Numbered from the stretch's first letter, positions 1-8,073 are shown. The stretch is DNA of 32,000 bases from Nitrosococcus oceani ATCC 19707 (GCF_000012805.1 NC_007484.1:1050001-1082000), one strand, 5' to 3'. Notes: generated by a model not told the origin, from the letters alone. Made by a program: numbers and translations.

Positions 1-521
1 CCCCGCACCCGATAATCCATAGTGACGATATCCGATTCTAAACTATGAATAAGATAGTTTAGAGCTCGTAATGGCGATACCCGGCCGCAAGTGGAAACAT
101 CGATGTCTGCGCGGAATGTACTAATCCCGTTTTCCGGGTGACTCTCCGGGTAAGTATGGACGGTGAGATGGCTCTTATCTAAGTGACAGACGAGACTTTC
201 CGGCAGAGGTCCCGGTTCTTCCGCGTTGGTAAATTGCTGATGTATCTCAGTCTCATCCTCAGCAATCAGCATGGTCACGCTGGCCCCCTGGGGTTCATAA
301 TTTTGCCGGGCAACATTCAAGATGTTAGCGCCAATAATTTCGGCAACCTCAGTGAGGATATGAGTTAGCCGCTCAGCATTATATTCTTCATCGATATATT
401 CAATATATTCTCGGCGCTGCTGGAATGTTTGAGCATAACAAATATCATAAACATTGAAGCTCAACGTCTTGGTTAAGTTATTGAAACCATGTAACTTAAT
501 TTTGTTAAAGGCACGGGTCAT
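1..521 (-). CDS. speD: S-adenosylmethionine decarboxylase proenzyme (E. coli SpeD type); C-terminal end runs off the window
   Basis: Absent from the ORF track because it is open at the window edge. Reverse translation from the ATG (rc of 519-521) gives [31 protein letters not shown]...[16 protein letters not shown]...[63 protein letters not shown]. This is nearly collinear with E. coli SpeD as I remember it, including the LDKSH self-processing motif. A GGAAAGGGA Shine-Dalgarno lies just upstream. Confidence 0.9.
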
Positions 522-594
522 CGCTGGTGTCCCTTTCCTTCTGGCTGGCTAATGATGCTATTATTAACTCCTCTAGCGGGCCGCGCATTATCCA

Positions 595-993
595 CTATTT
601 TGCAGTAAAAGAGGAGTGGTAAATAAGCTGCAGGATTGTGCCGGCAGGATCGGTACAGTAGAAACTACGCGCGCCATCCCGATGAGTGCGCGGCATTGTT
701 TTTATGGGAACATGCTGGGCCTTGAGATACTCATACCAAGCGTCTATCGCCTCAGGAGTACGAATAGCAAAGCCCATATGATCCAATCTCTGTGGTCCTT
801 CCGGGAGTTGATCCGGAGGCGTTCGGTGTAATGCTAGACTATCGTTTCCCGAAGTAAGATATACATTATCTGGATCTGGACGCCATTCGACTCGCATCCC
901 AAGGAGTTCTACATAGAAATTTTCGCAGGCATCAAGATCGCTTACGAATAAGGCCACATGGCGCAGACCGGCTGTCGCTGGAGGTTTATTCAA
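595..993 (-). CDS. VOC (glyoxalase/bleomycin-resistance/dioxygenase) family protein
   Basis: 132-aa ORF. The N-terminal LRHVALFVSDLDACENFYVELLGM and the later LDHMGFAI are typical of the paired beta-alpha-beta-beta-beta VOC fold. Confidence 0.8.
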   Translation of the reverse strand: MNKPPATAGLRHVALFVSDLDACENFYVELLGMRVEWRPDPDNVYLTSGNDSLALHRTPPDQLPEGPQRLDHMGFAIRTPEAIDAWYEYLKAQHVPIKTMPRTHRDGARSFYCTDPAGTILQLIYHSSFTAK

Positions 994-1106
994 TAGTCGC
1001 TATCCTCTCAAAAATTACCTATAAACTTAAGTTCTACCATTACGGCGGCTTCTAATACAACCCCATTGTTTTAGTTTAGGTATAGATTAGGCATTTTTTC
1101 TTCAAG

Positions 1107-1526
1107 CTAGTCGATATCAATAATCTCGTAATCATGGCTAATAGAAGCGACTTTACCCAACATGATAGAAGCGGAGCAGTATTTTTCGCTAGAGAGTTTA
1201 ATGGCTCTTTTGACATGATGTTCTTTGAGTCCGTGGCCAGAAACTTTAAAATGGACATGAATATGGGTAAATACTTTGGGTATGGTTTCCGCCCGCTTGG
1301 CCGAAATCTCTACCACGCAGTCGGTAATGGGCTGCCGGCTTTTCTGTAAAATTTGCACAACATCAAAGGCGGTACAGCCACCCAGACCTAGCAAGAGCAT
1401 TTCCATGGGCCGAACGCCTCGGTTGTGCCCACCGTTCCCAGGAGGTCCATCCATCACTATGGTATGGCCACTTCCTGATTGGCCGGTAAAGCTGCTTTTC
1501 TCGATCCATTTAATACGGGCTTTCAT
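1107..1526 (-). CDS. yhfA: OsmC-family protein, YhfA-like
   Basis: From the internal Met, MKARIKWIEKSSFTGQSGSGHTIVMDG...PMEMLLLGLGGCTAFDVVQILQKSR...FTHIHVHFKVSG...SSEKYCSASIML aligns along its length with E. coli YhfA. GGAG lies 8 nt upstream of the ATG at 1526, whereas the track start at 1571 has no SD. It is divergent from crp, as in E. coli. Confidence 0.85.
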   Translation of the reverse strand: MKARIKWIEKSSFTGQSGSGHTIVMDGPPGNGGHNRGVRPMEMLLLGLGGCTAFDVVQILQKSRQPITDCVVEISAKRAETIPKVFTHIHVHFKVSGHGLKEHHVKRAIKLSSEKYCSASIMLGKVASISHDYEIIDID

Positions 1527-1615
1527 AAACGATAGCTCCAGGGTAATTAAAGATGTTCCTATTGTTGCCAATACTACTATAGGTTGAGTTCACTATAGGA
1601 TAAGAGCGCTGAGTC

Positions 1616-2296
1616 ATGATTGGGTCTAGGCTAGAAAGGACTACCATGGGACGGAATTTGCCCCTAGCGGGACAGGATTCCATCGAGTGTTTCCTTGAGT
1701 ATTGTCATATTAAGAATTTTTCTGCTAAGGTACCCATTCTTCGCCCTGGAGACCCAGCGGATACGCTGTATTATATTCGCAAGGGCTCTGCAACCGTCTA
1801 TATAGAAGACGAAGAGGGCAACCAGCTTATCTTGGCCTACCTTAACCAGGGAGATTTTATCGGTGAGATGGGGTTGTTCGCCGAGATTCAGAATCGGAGT
1901 GTGCTCATACAAGCCCGAACTCCCTGCCAGTTAGCGGCAATCACCTATGAGCGACTGCGGTATTTATCCCAAGGGCCGCTGGCAGAGCATTATCATCGGA
2001 TTTTGCTCGCTCTTGGCCGTCAACTCACTCGGCGCCTCCTGGAAACTAATCGCAAAGTTAGCCATCTAGTCTTTATGGATGTAGCCGGCAGGGTTGCGCG
2101 AACATTGTTAGATCTGTGCCAGCAGCCCGATGCCATGACTCATCCTGACGGTATGCAGATCCGTATTACTCGGCAGGAGATAAGCCGAATCGTAGGCTGC
2201 TCCCGGGAGATGGCAGGGAGGGTGCTTAAAGAGCTGCAGCAGCAGGGTTCGATTTGGGCTAAAGGCAAGACCATTGTGGTTTATGGCACCCGCTAA
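1616..2296 (+). CDS. crp: cAMP receptor protein (CRP/Vfr-type global regulator)
   Basis: LYYIRKGSATVYIEDEEGNQLILAYLNQGDFIGEMGLF (cNMP-binding domain) and FMDVAGRVARTLLDLCQQPDAMTHPDGMQIRITRQEISRIVGCSREMAGRVLKELQQQGSIWAKGKTIVVYGTR (HTH) are near-identical in pattern to E. coli CRP. The start is more likely the ATG at 1646 (AAAGGA SD) than 1616. Confidence 0.9.
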   Translation: MIGSRLERTTMGRNLPLAGQDSIECFLEYCHIKNFSAKVPILRPGDPADTLYYIRKGSATVYIEDEEGNQLILAYLNQGDFIGEMGLFAEIQNRSVLIQARTPCQLAAITYERLRYLSQGPLAEHYHRILLALGRQLTRRLLETNRKVSHLVFMDVAGRVARTLLDLCQQPDAMTHPDGMQIRITRQEISRIVGCSREMAGRVLKELQQQGSIWAKGKTIVVYGTR

Positions 2297-2342
2297 TTTA
2301 GGCTGATTGCTTAGCTACCCAAAAATGAAATAGTAAGCCTGT

Positions 2343-2830
2343 TCAGTAAGTTATACATAAGTAAGCGATAAGGCCAGGATGAACAGGTTTATCGCCAAAT
2401 AAAGATTCATCTCTCATGATGACTGCTTACTTAGGATCTACTTAAGCCAGAGCATGATTGCAGCAAGAGACAGATAAACGTTCAACAAGGTTACGCTCTG
2501 CATACAGTGCGTAATCACAGTCGCGTTGTATGCAGCGATTTTTCTTCGGGGGAATAATGACGTTAATGGTATCGCCATCATAGCCTCTTATCCGCCCAGC
2601 ACCACAGGTGTCATAAAGCCAGAGATTAAGGGGATTGTAGGCGTGTAATCAGACATCTGCCCCGGTGTTAAAATAACCACAACGGGTCGCCATGCGCTTC
2701 ACATAGGGTACAGATTTTGTTATTAAACCATCGCTTGAACGACCGATACTTTCCGAATTTTCAGTTCTCTTGAATTCCTACATTAGGGGGGTGAGATTTA
2801 ACTTGGAGTTTCTCCATGACTGATTTCAAT
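2343..2830 (-). pseudogene. IS5-family (IS427/IS1031-like) transposase remnant: C-terminal half only, several frameshifts
   Basis: Reverse-strand pieces lie in three frames: ESIGRSSDGLITK (GRSRGGxTTK motif), LTPGQMSDYTPTIPLI (TxGQ..D motif), RGYDGDTINVIIPPKKNRCIQRDCDYALYAERNLVER (DKGYD ... IPP+.NR ... Y..RN.VE motif) and DKPVHPGLIAYLCITY* (RYDK tail). There is no intact ORF and the N-terminal half is absent. Confidence 0.65.
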
Positions 2831-3544
2831 TTTCCTCCTACAAAATTTCATCCGCTTGGATAATTCGCGGTCCCTAGTAGCCTTCGGCAAAGGGGTTTCC
2901 CTTCGGGTGCTCCCCATCCCAGGTTCCGCGAACAAGCGCATGCTAGCGCTAATTCATGGCCAAACGCAAGCAATGCTGGCCCTCACGCTTGATGCGCCGT
3001 TTCACTTCGCACGCTCGCGAGGGGGTCATTAAAAACATCCGTGTTTAATTCCAATGCACTACCGCGGACTAAATTCAGGTGGCAATTTCCGTCAGTGTGC
3101 GCCTGCACGGGCTATCTACAAAAAGGTACGTGTGTTCTTTTTGCCTTGCGATCGTGTCCTTAAGTGTATCCCGGAACAGGGTTTATTGATTGTAAAATTC
3201 TAGGCTTAATTCCTATGGCGAAACTCCAAAGCCGCTTCAAGCATGAGGTGGAATTGGCCACCGTGTAAAAGAATTGAACACCGAGCAATAATGTAAGCTA
3301 TTGAAAATAAATATAAATATATTTAAGTTAATAATCCAGCATTGGCAAGATGTAAAAATTAGCGAAAATTAATCACGAGTTAACCATGTAAGGGCATGGT
3401 AAGTATTTGAAATATAATATTATATACAAGGTCGGCATATAATTTGTATTAGAATTATAGATCATTAAAAGGCGTAATTTTTTATATTTGCGAGGAAGCT
3501 ACGGATGTTGAGGTTGCCTAGCATCCTTAATAGCTACAAAAAGT

Positions 3545-4240
3545 ATGGATAAACATGATATCCACCAAGATCCCTTATTATCTGTTGAAGAGCAAGATTG
3601 GCCACAGTCAAAGCAGGACAGTTCTGCTCCGAGCCCCAGTTCTGAATTTATTCGGCCATATACGGGTCGTACTGGAAGGCGACGCCGCAGTGCTCTAAAA
3701 ATTAAGCTACTTCAGCTTGCGTTGGGTAGTTCCATTTTTTTATTCTCATTAACAATCTTGCTTCTATGGATTTATATTTCTGGATTATCTGCGGAAAATA
3801 ATCGCATTTCGGCAGAATTTAATAAACAAAGACGGCATTTGGTGGCAGCGACCGCAGCGTTGGAAAAGCTGCAGAATGAACGGAACGCGCTGGTTCAAGG
3901 GCGATTGCCCTATTTATTACCGTTAGAGTATGACAGGGCTATTTCTGTTACTGACCAATATCTACGGAATATTATTTTTACCCTAACAAAAAATCAAGGC
4001 GAAACAGCAACCGAATACCGGGTGGTATTGCAAAACGATGGATCGTCCGCGATATATCCTGAAGTAAAAATTCTACTTTTCGATAAGCTAGGTATTCAAG
4101 TTGGTTCGGCAGAGATCACCAACGGTGAGCAGTCCTCTGATGAAGCAATTCTCGATCCAGGGGAAGTACGCTCTTACTCCGGAAGTGTTAATTTTTTTCG
4201 TCCAGGGAATCCTCATTACTTCCATGCGGCCGTCTATTAA
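3545..4240 (+). CDS. hypothetical N-terminally anchored protein (one TM, coiled coil, C-terminal beta-rich domain)
   Basis: 231-aa ORF. It has an RRRR stop-transfer followed by the hydrophobic LLQLALGSSIFLFSLTILLLWIYISGL, then a heptad-like AENNRISAEFNKQRRHLVAATAALEKLQNERNAL. The C-terminal YRVVLQNDGSSAIYPEVKILLFDKLGIQVG...LDPGEVRSYSG pattern is reminiscent of DUF3426-type domains, but that assignment is weak. No clear SD. Confidence 0.55.
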   Translation: MDKHDIHQDPLLSVEEQDWPQSKQDSSAPSPSSEFIRPYTGRTGRRRRSALKIKLLQLALGSSIFLFSLTILLLWIYISGLSAENNRISAEFNKQRRHLVAATAALEKLQNERNALVQGRLPYLLPLEYDRAISVTDQYLRNIIFTLTKNQGETATEYRVVLQNDGSSAIYPEVKILLFDKLGIQVGSAEITNGEQSSDEAILDPGEVRSYSGSVNFFRPGNPHYFHAAVY

Positions 4241-4361
4241 GGTTGGTCTGGCCGCGACTAATCCCTTAATTTAATTTGTTTTAAGCAGGTTTACTAAAAA
4301 TCGCATCAAGCCCTGCCAGCGACTTTTATAGAACATAACGTCTTCGGTAAACTAAAAATTA

Positions 4362-4970
4362 ATGAAGCGAGCCTACAAAGCGCGTATCTATCCGGGATTC
4401 GCCCAAGTCAAGCTGCTGGCTTATTCGTTCTGGTATGGGCGTTTCGTCTGGAACAATATGCTCGAATATTGTGCGGATGCCCATTATTCAGAGCAGCATT
4501 GGGGCAAGCATTTCTGCGAATGAACGGAAGGTATCGAGTGCGATCTTCGACAATCCTTGCGGGGCCGAGGGGCCATCTGCTGGAAAACACGGGCTCAATA
4601 GCCTAAATTCAAGCGCAAGCGTGTCCGGTAGAATACGGTTGATCCAGGCCATGTTCTGCGTCGATGAAAAGCAAGTATTTATCGCTACATTTGCTGGAAC
4701 GGCAAAAGGTAGGATGAGCCGTGGCCGAGACCGAGCACGGTTTTCCTAGCTCAAAGCGCTGTTAGACCAAAGTTGCAGGCATGCCACTGTGTTCCTGCCT
4801 TTTGGATATTCGTAAATAGGTGAGCCCTGCTTGTGGTGGTACTCCCCGCAAGTGCGGCATTGCGATAGTATAGCATGTCAAAACCGCCGGAATAGTGGTA
4901 GAACCTGTGGAGTGGGGCTGTGCAGTCTAAGCACCGCAGCCTAATAAAGCCGCATCGTAACAGGAAGGTT
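4362..4970 (+). pseudogene. tnpB: TnpB (IS200/IS605 OrfB, RNA-guided nuclease family) remnant: internally deleted and frameshifted
   Basis: The ATG at 4362 gives MKRAYKARIYPGFAQVKLLAYSFWYGRFVWNNML, the canonical TnpB N-terminus (AYKFRIYP..Q...L...FG..RFVWN), and stops at 4521. Downstream in other frames are FPSSKRC (4742-4756, the FPSSK.CS.CG zinc-finger lead-in) and a degenerate CG...xxAAxN-like stretch ending KTAGIVVEPVEWG. The total span of ~0.6 kb compares with ~1.2 kb for an intact gene. Confidence 0.65.
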
Positions 4971-5071
4971 TTTGGAGCAATTTAAGAACTCTCGCTCATA
5001 TAGTCTGACGCGCCTAGGGTGGAGGGCGTCAGTATTAAAGTTATCTCATAAAGTTGCGTCTGGAGAAGGAT

Positions 5072-5938
5072 GTGATTTACAGCATGACGGCGTTTGCGCG
5101 CCAAGAAGCACAAAGTGATGTAGGAACTTTCACCTGGGAACTGCGTTCCGTTAATCACCGCTATTTGGATATTTCAGTGCGTTTACCGGAAGAATTGCGC
5201 TTTATTGAAAGCCAGCTACGGACGCAAGTGGGCTGCCGGCTCAAACGAGGAAAAGTTGACTGCACTTTGCGTTATCTCCCTCCTTCTGAGCAGGCCCCCA
5301 AATTCTCTCTGAACGAACAAGTAACTCGCCAATTGGTGCAGCTATGCGAAGAGATTGAGGCTTTATCCCATAATCCTGCTCCCCTCAATAGTCTGGAAGT
5401 ATTGCGCTGGCCAGGCGTGTTGCAAACTCCTCCCGTGGACGGGGAGCAGCTGAAAATTGGGGCTTTATCCGCCTTGGAAGAAGCCTTAAATCAGATGCTG
5501 GAGACCCGAGCTGCGGAAGGGCGCCGCTTAGCCGCATTTATCACTCAGCGCTGTGAAGAAATCGAGGCCATTATCGTGCGGGTCCGTGCCCATTTACCTC
5601 AAGCCATGCTCCATTTTCGGGAACGTTTGCTAGCACGGCTAGAGGTGGTTCAGGCTGATCTGGAACAGGGGCGGATAGAACAAGAGCTAGTACTTTTTGC
5701 CCAAAAGAGCGATATCACAGAAGAATTGGATCGGCTTCAATCTCATATGGCTGAAGTACGGGAAGTATTTCAGCGTAAGGAGCCTATTGGCCGGCGTTTG
5801 GATTTTCTGATGCAGGAACTTAACCGAGAAGCCAATACTCTGGCTGCTAAATCCGCCGATGTGGAGATTAGTCAGGATGCGGTTGAGCTTAAAGTGCTTA
5901 TCGAACAAGTACGGGAACAGATTCAAAACATCGAATAA
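5072..5938 (+). CDS. yicC: YicC-family stress-induced protein
   Basis: VIYSMTAFARQEAQSDVGTFTWELRSVNHRYLDISVRLPEELR matches the E. coli YicC N-terminus (MIRSMTAYAR...WEMRSVNQRYLE..FRLPE), and the C-terminal LDFLMQELNREANTLAAKS motif is present. The GTG at 5072 with a GGAGAAGGA SD is preferred over the TTG at 5054. Confidence 0.85.
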   Translation: MIYSMTAFARQEAQSDVGTFTWELRSVNHRYLDISVRLPEELRFIESQLRTQVGCRLKRGKVDCTLRYLPPSEQAPKFSLNEQVTRQLVQLCEEIEALSHNPAPLNSLEVLRWPGVLQTPPVDGEQLKIGALSALEEALNQMLETRAAEGRRLAAFITQRCEEIEAIIVRVRAHLPQAMLHFRERLLARLEVVQADLEQGRIEQELVLFAQKSDITEELDRLQSHMAEVREVFQRKEPIGRRLDFLMQELNREANTLAAKSADVEISQDAVELKVLIEQVREQIQNIE

Positions 5939-6009
5939 CCTTCATAGACTTTGTAAAAGCAGAGCGGTCCCGCCGTCATAGATGCTTTCTTTATAAGGAG
6001 TCGCTCTGC

Positions 6010-6201
6010 TGAACAACTCGCGTTGTCCTTGTTGCGGATTATCGCGTATTAAGAAAAACCCCCTGCGCCTACTCCAGCAAGCAAAATTATGTCTGTGCGG
6101 TCTGCGGGTGGCGGTTTGTGATCGAGGCTCATCATATTGACGAGAGCACAGGCCATGGCTCTCCTGTGTCTGGAAGCCCAAGGGAGATTTTTGGGCTGTA
6201 A
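6010..6201 (+). pseudogene. IS1-like InsA zinc-finger transposase remnant
   Basis: Two frames read RCPCCGLSRIKKN and then KQNYVCAVCGWRFVIEAHHIDES, the CPxCG...KNG...GKQ.Y.C..CG+.F pattern of IS1-type InsA. It is frameshifted and short. The minus-strand track ORFs at 5942-6303 are probably shadows of this piece. Confidence 0.4.
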
Positions 6202-6334
6202 AGCGAACAAGCAATGATTCTGGTCGGCGCTCGATCCGCGTTCGCGCCCAGGTATTAGACTTCTAGGTCGGCGACCGCTCACGGAACAGTATCTGTCAGC
6301 CACGGCAGCGCCTTGCGGAAAGCTACCGCAAACA

Positions 6335-6530
6335 AGCCGCTTTTACCGACATCGGGTTTGAGAAATTCCGCAAGAAAAACACCCAAGGGACAGTCCTTGG
6401 AAGAGATGGAAACGATATATTCCCTAACAGGAAACTCACGGAAGCGATTGAGCCTTTCTATTCTAAATTACCGCCCTGTTAGTATTGAATAAATGCTGCG
6501 GATTTATTTCCTGCAGCACTGGTTTATACT
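6335..6530 (+). pseudogene. IS5-family (IS5 group, InsH-like) transposase N-terminal remnant
   Basis: Pieces FTDIGFEKFRKK, SLEEMETI, LTEAIEPFYSK and MLRIYFLQHWF match the E. coli IS5 InsH N-terminus (FADSEFSSKRRQTRKE.FL..ME...PW......IEPFYPK...MLRI...QHWYNLSD). It is interrupted by stops and frameshifts and truncated at ~6530. Confidence 0.6.
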
Positions 6531-6544
6531 AATTTGTATTACAA

Positions 6545-7045
6545 GCAGTCATTCTCAAATAAGGGAAGTCGGTGAGGGAGCGGAGGCGATGGGGTTTATC
6601 CGCGAGCTGATTGAGGACGGTGCAGAGTGTATTTTCTAGCTCCTTATAAGCAAAGAGAAGGGAGGGCTTAGCCAAGGTTTTCTCTCGCAGCTCTTCCCAA
6701 AAGATACTTAACCGGGTTGAGTTCCGAGCTACGGGCCGGCTGAGGGACTAAGCGGATGTTCTTGGGCACGCTTAACTAGGGGGGGGCCAACCGGCACGGC
6801 TGACAAGTATAAGACTAAAGTATTCGGAGAACTCCTAAGCCACCTGCGCTAGAAACAAGGCCATCATCTCGGTATTGGCGGTGGGCAGCAGCAAGGCCGT
6901 TAAACGTCCCAACGGCGCACCCTTGCGCACAATTCAGAAACAGCCTTAATAGATTGCTGGCGGTCTTTTTTGCTATGCCGCCCATTGTTCTTGCGCCCCG
7001 GCAAATGCGGCTCCAGGAATGCCCATACTTCGTCTGATAGGTCAT
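6545..7045 (-). pseudogene. IS630-like (DDE_3) transposase C-terminal remnant
   Basis: The reverse strand reads VPKNIRLVPQPARSSELNPVKYLLGRAARENLG, a decayed version of the L..LPPYSPELNPVE.LW..LR motif. The upstream 76-aa track ORF (6815-7045) is the preceding part. A G8 homopolymer lies at 6779-6786. Confidence 0.55.
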
Positions 7046-7124
7046 GTCGGCGATGTGAAGGTGTCATATGAGATCCTCTTTCTTACACAGAATTTCATAT
7101 TTTTTATCGAGTGACTACACTATT

Positions 7125-7148
7125 TATATCTAAATTTATAAATATTGA
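7125..7148 (+). repeat. IS630 left terminal inverted repeat
   Basis: Matches rc of 8007-8030 at 20 of 24 positions. The sequence is AT-rich, so some chance similarity is possible. Confidence 0.55.
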
Positions 7149-7178
7149 GACATTTGTGTTATATTCATTCATACTGTT

Positions 7179-7514
7179 GTGATGAGATGTTCAATTGATT
7201 TGCGCAAACGAGTAATCGATTTTGTAAGGGGCGGTGGAAGCAAGGCGGAAGCGGCCCGGAGATTTCAGGTAGGCCGCGCGAGCATTTATCGCTGGTTGTC
7301 GCAGGATGATGCGCTGTGTTACGAGCGTCCCGGCCCTCGCCGTTCACACAAGCTGGACTGGGAGGCTTTACGGGTCCATGTGGAAGACAAGGCTGCTCTC
7401 ACCTATAAAGAACGCGCCCGGCATTTTGGCGTTTCGTATTACTGTATTTGGCATGCGATGCACAAAATGGGGTTAACCCGTAAAAAAAATGACGGGGTAC
7501 ACGCAGCGCTGTAA
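7179..7514 (+). CDS. IS630-family transposase, N-terminal HTH part (orfA)
   Basis: MMRCSIDLRKRVIDFVRGGGSKAEAARRFQVGRASIYRWL ... ARHFGVSYYCIWHAMHKMGLTRKK shows the two HTH motifs typical of IS630/Tc1-mariner transposases. Confidence 0.8.
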   Translation: MMRCSIDLRKRVIDFVRGGGSKAEAARRFQVGRASIYRWLSQDDALCYERPGPRRSHKLDWEALRVHVEDKAALTYKERARHFGVSYYCIWHAMHKMGLTRKKNDGVHAAL

Positions 7515-8013
7515 TATGAAAAGAAAGAGCTTTCTTCGCCTTCGTGAACGCTATCGCCGCCGCGGCAAAAGATTTGTCTATCTTGATGAAAGCGGTTTTG
7601 AGCCGGAGGTTTCCCGTCGTTACGCTTACGCTCCAAAGGGGCGGCGTGTTTATGGTCTGATCTCCGGTCATCGCAGACCGCGAACCTCTTTATTGGCCGC
7701 CCGTATGGATGAAGGCTTTGAAGCGCCGTTTCTATTTGAGGGAACCTGTAACACGGCTGTGTTCAATGCATGGCTGGAAAAAGAGCTTTGCCCCTTGCTC
7801 AACAGCAACCACATTGTCATCATGGATAATGCTCCGTTCCACAAAGCCGTTTCTTCACGTGAAATCATCAAAAAAACAGGGGCGGGAATTTTATTCCTCC
7901 CCCCTTATTCCCCTGACTTTAACCCCATAGAAAAAGACTTCGGAAATATCAAAAAAATCAGAGAATACAACGAACATGAAACCCTTGAGAATATCGTTGC
8001 AGCGTATCAGTAA
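7489..8013 (+). CDS. IS630-family transposase, DDE catalytic part (orfB, +1 frame relative to orfA)
   Basis: FVYLDESGF...YAYAPKGRRV...IVIMDNAPFHK...LFLPPYSPDFNPIEKDFGNIKK carries the DD(34)E signature. The frame changes at the A8 run at 7482-7489. Confidence 0.8.
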   Translation: MTGYTQRCNMKRKSFLRLRERYRRRGKRFVYLDESGFEPEVSRRYAYAPKGRRVYGLISGHRRPRTSLLAARMDEGFEAPFLFEGTCNTAVFNAWLEKELCPLLNSNHIVIMDNAPFHKAVSSREIIKKTGAGILFLPPYSPDFNPIEKDFGNIKKIREYNEHETLENIVAAYQ

Positions 8014-8030
8014 TTATAGATTTAGCTATA
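8007..8030 (-). repeat. IS630 right terminal inverted repeat
   Basis: Reverse complement matches 7125-7148 at 20 of 24 positions. Confidence 0.55.
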
Positions 8031-8073
8031 CTTGACGTACCTGGCATTTTAACCGCTTTTGAGGAAAACCTTC

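Larger units (their letters stand above)
7125..8030 (+). mobile_element. IS630-family insertion sequence (~0.9 kb), apparently complete; transposase split in two frames at an A8 tract
   Basis: Imperfect terminal inverted repeats match at 20 of 24 positions by hand alignment: 7125-7148 tatatctaaatttataaatattga versus rc of 8007-8030 tatagctaaatctataattactga. They enclose an HTH orfA plus a DDE orfB with D (YLDESG), D (IMDNAPFHK) and E (FNPIEKDF). The right IR overlaps the stop codon, as is common in IS630 elements. Confidence 0.75.

Noticed and set aside
183-368. 61-aa + strand ORF at the window start
   Set aside because: It lies antisense to the strongly supported speD reading frame.
1134-1587. 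+ strand ORFs of 71 and 103 aa, plus a 60-aa minus-strand ORF (1076-1258)
   Set aside because: They overlap the yhfA-like OsmC gene, whose translation aligns end to end with E. coli YhfA.
4408-4749. Track ORFs of 60 aa (-) and 104 aa (+) between 4408 and 4749
   Set aside because: They lie within the decayed TnpB region. The + ORF is an out-of-frame read through pseudogene debris, with no family signal of its own.
5942-6303. Minus-strand ORFs of 90 and 84 aa after yicC
   Set aside because: The arginine/proline-rich translations have no start context, and the + strand carries recognisable IS1-like zinc-finger fragments.
8042-8057. Second sigma-54-like motif TGGCATtttaaCCGCT with correct GG-N10-GC spacing
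   Set aside because: The predicted start site (~8067) would fall on or after the only SD (8061-8065) of the only candidate downstream ORF (ATG 8074). The -12 element is also poor.
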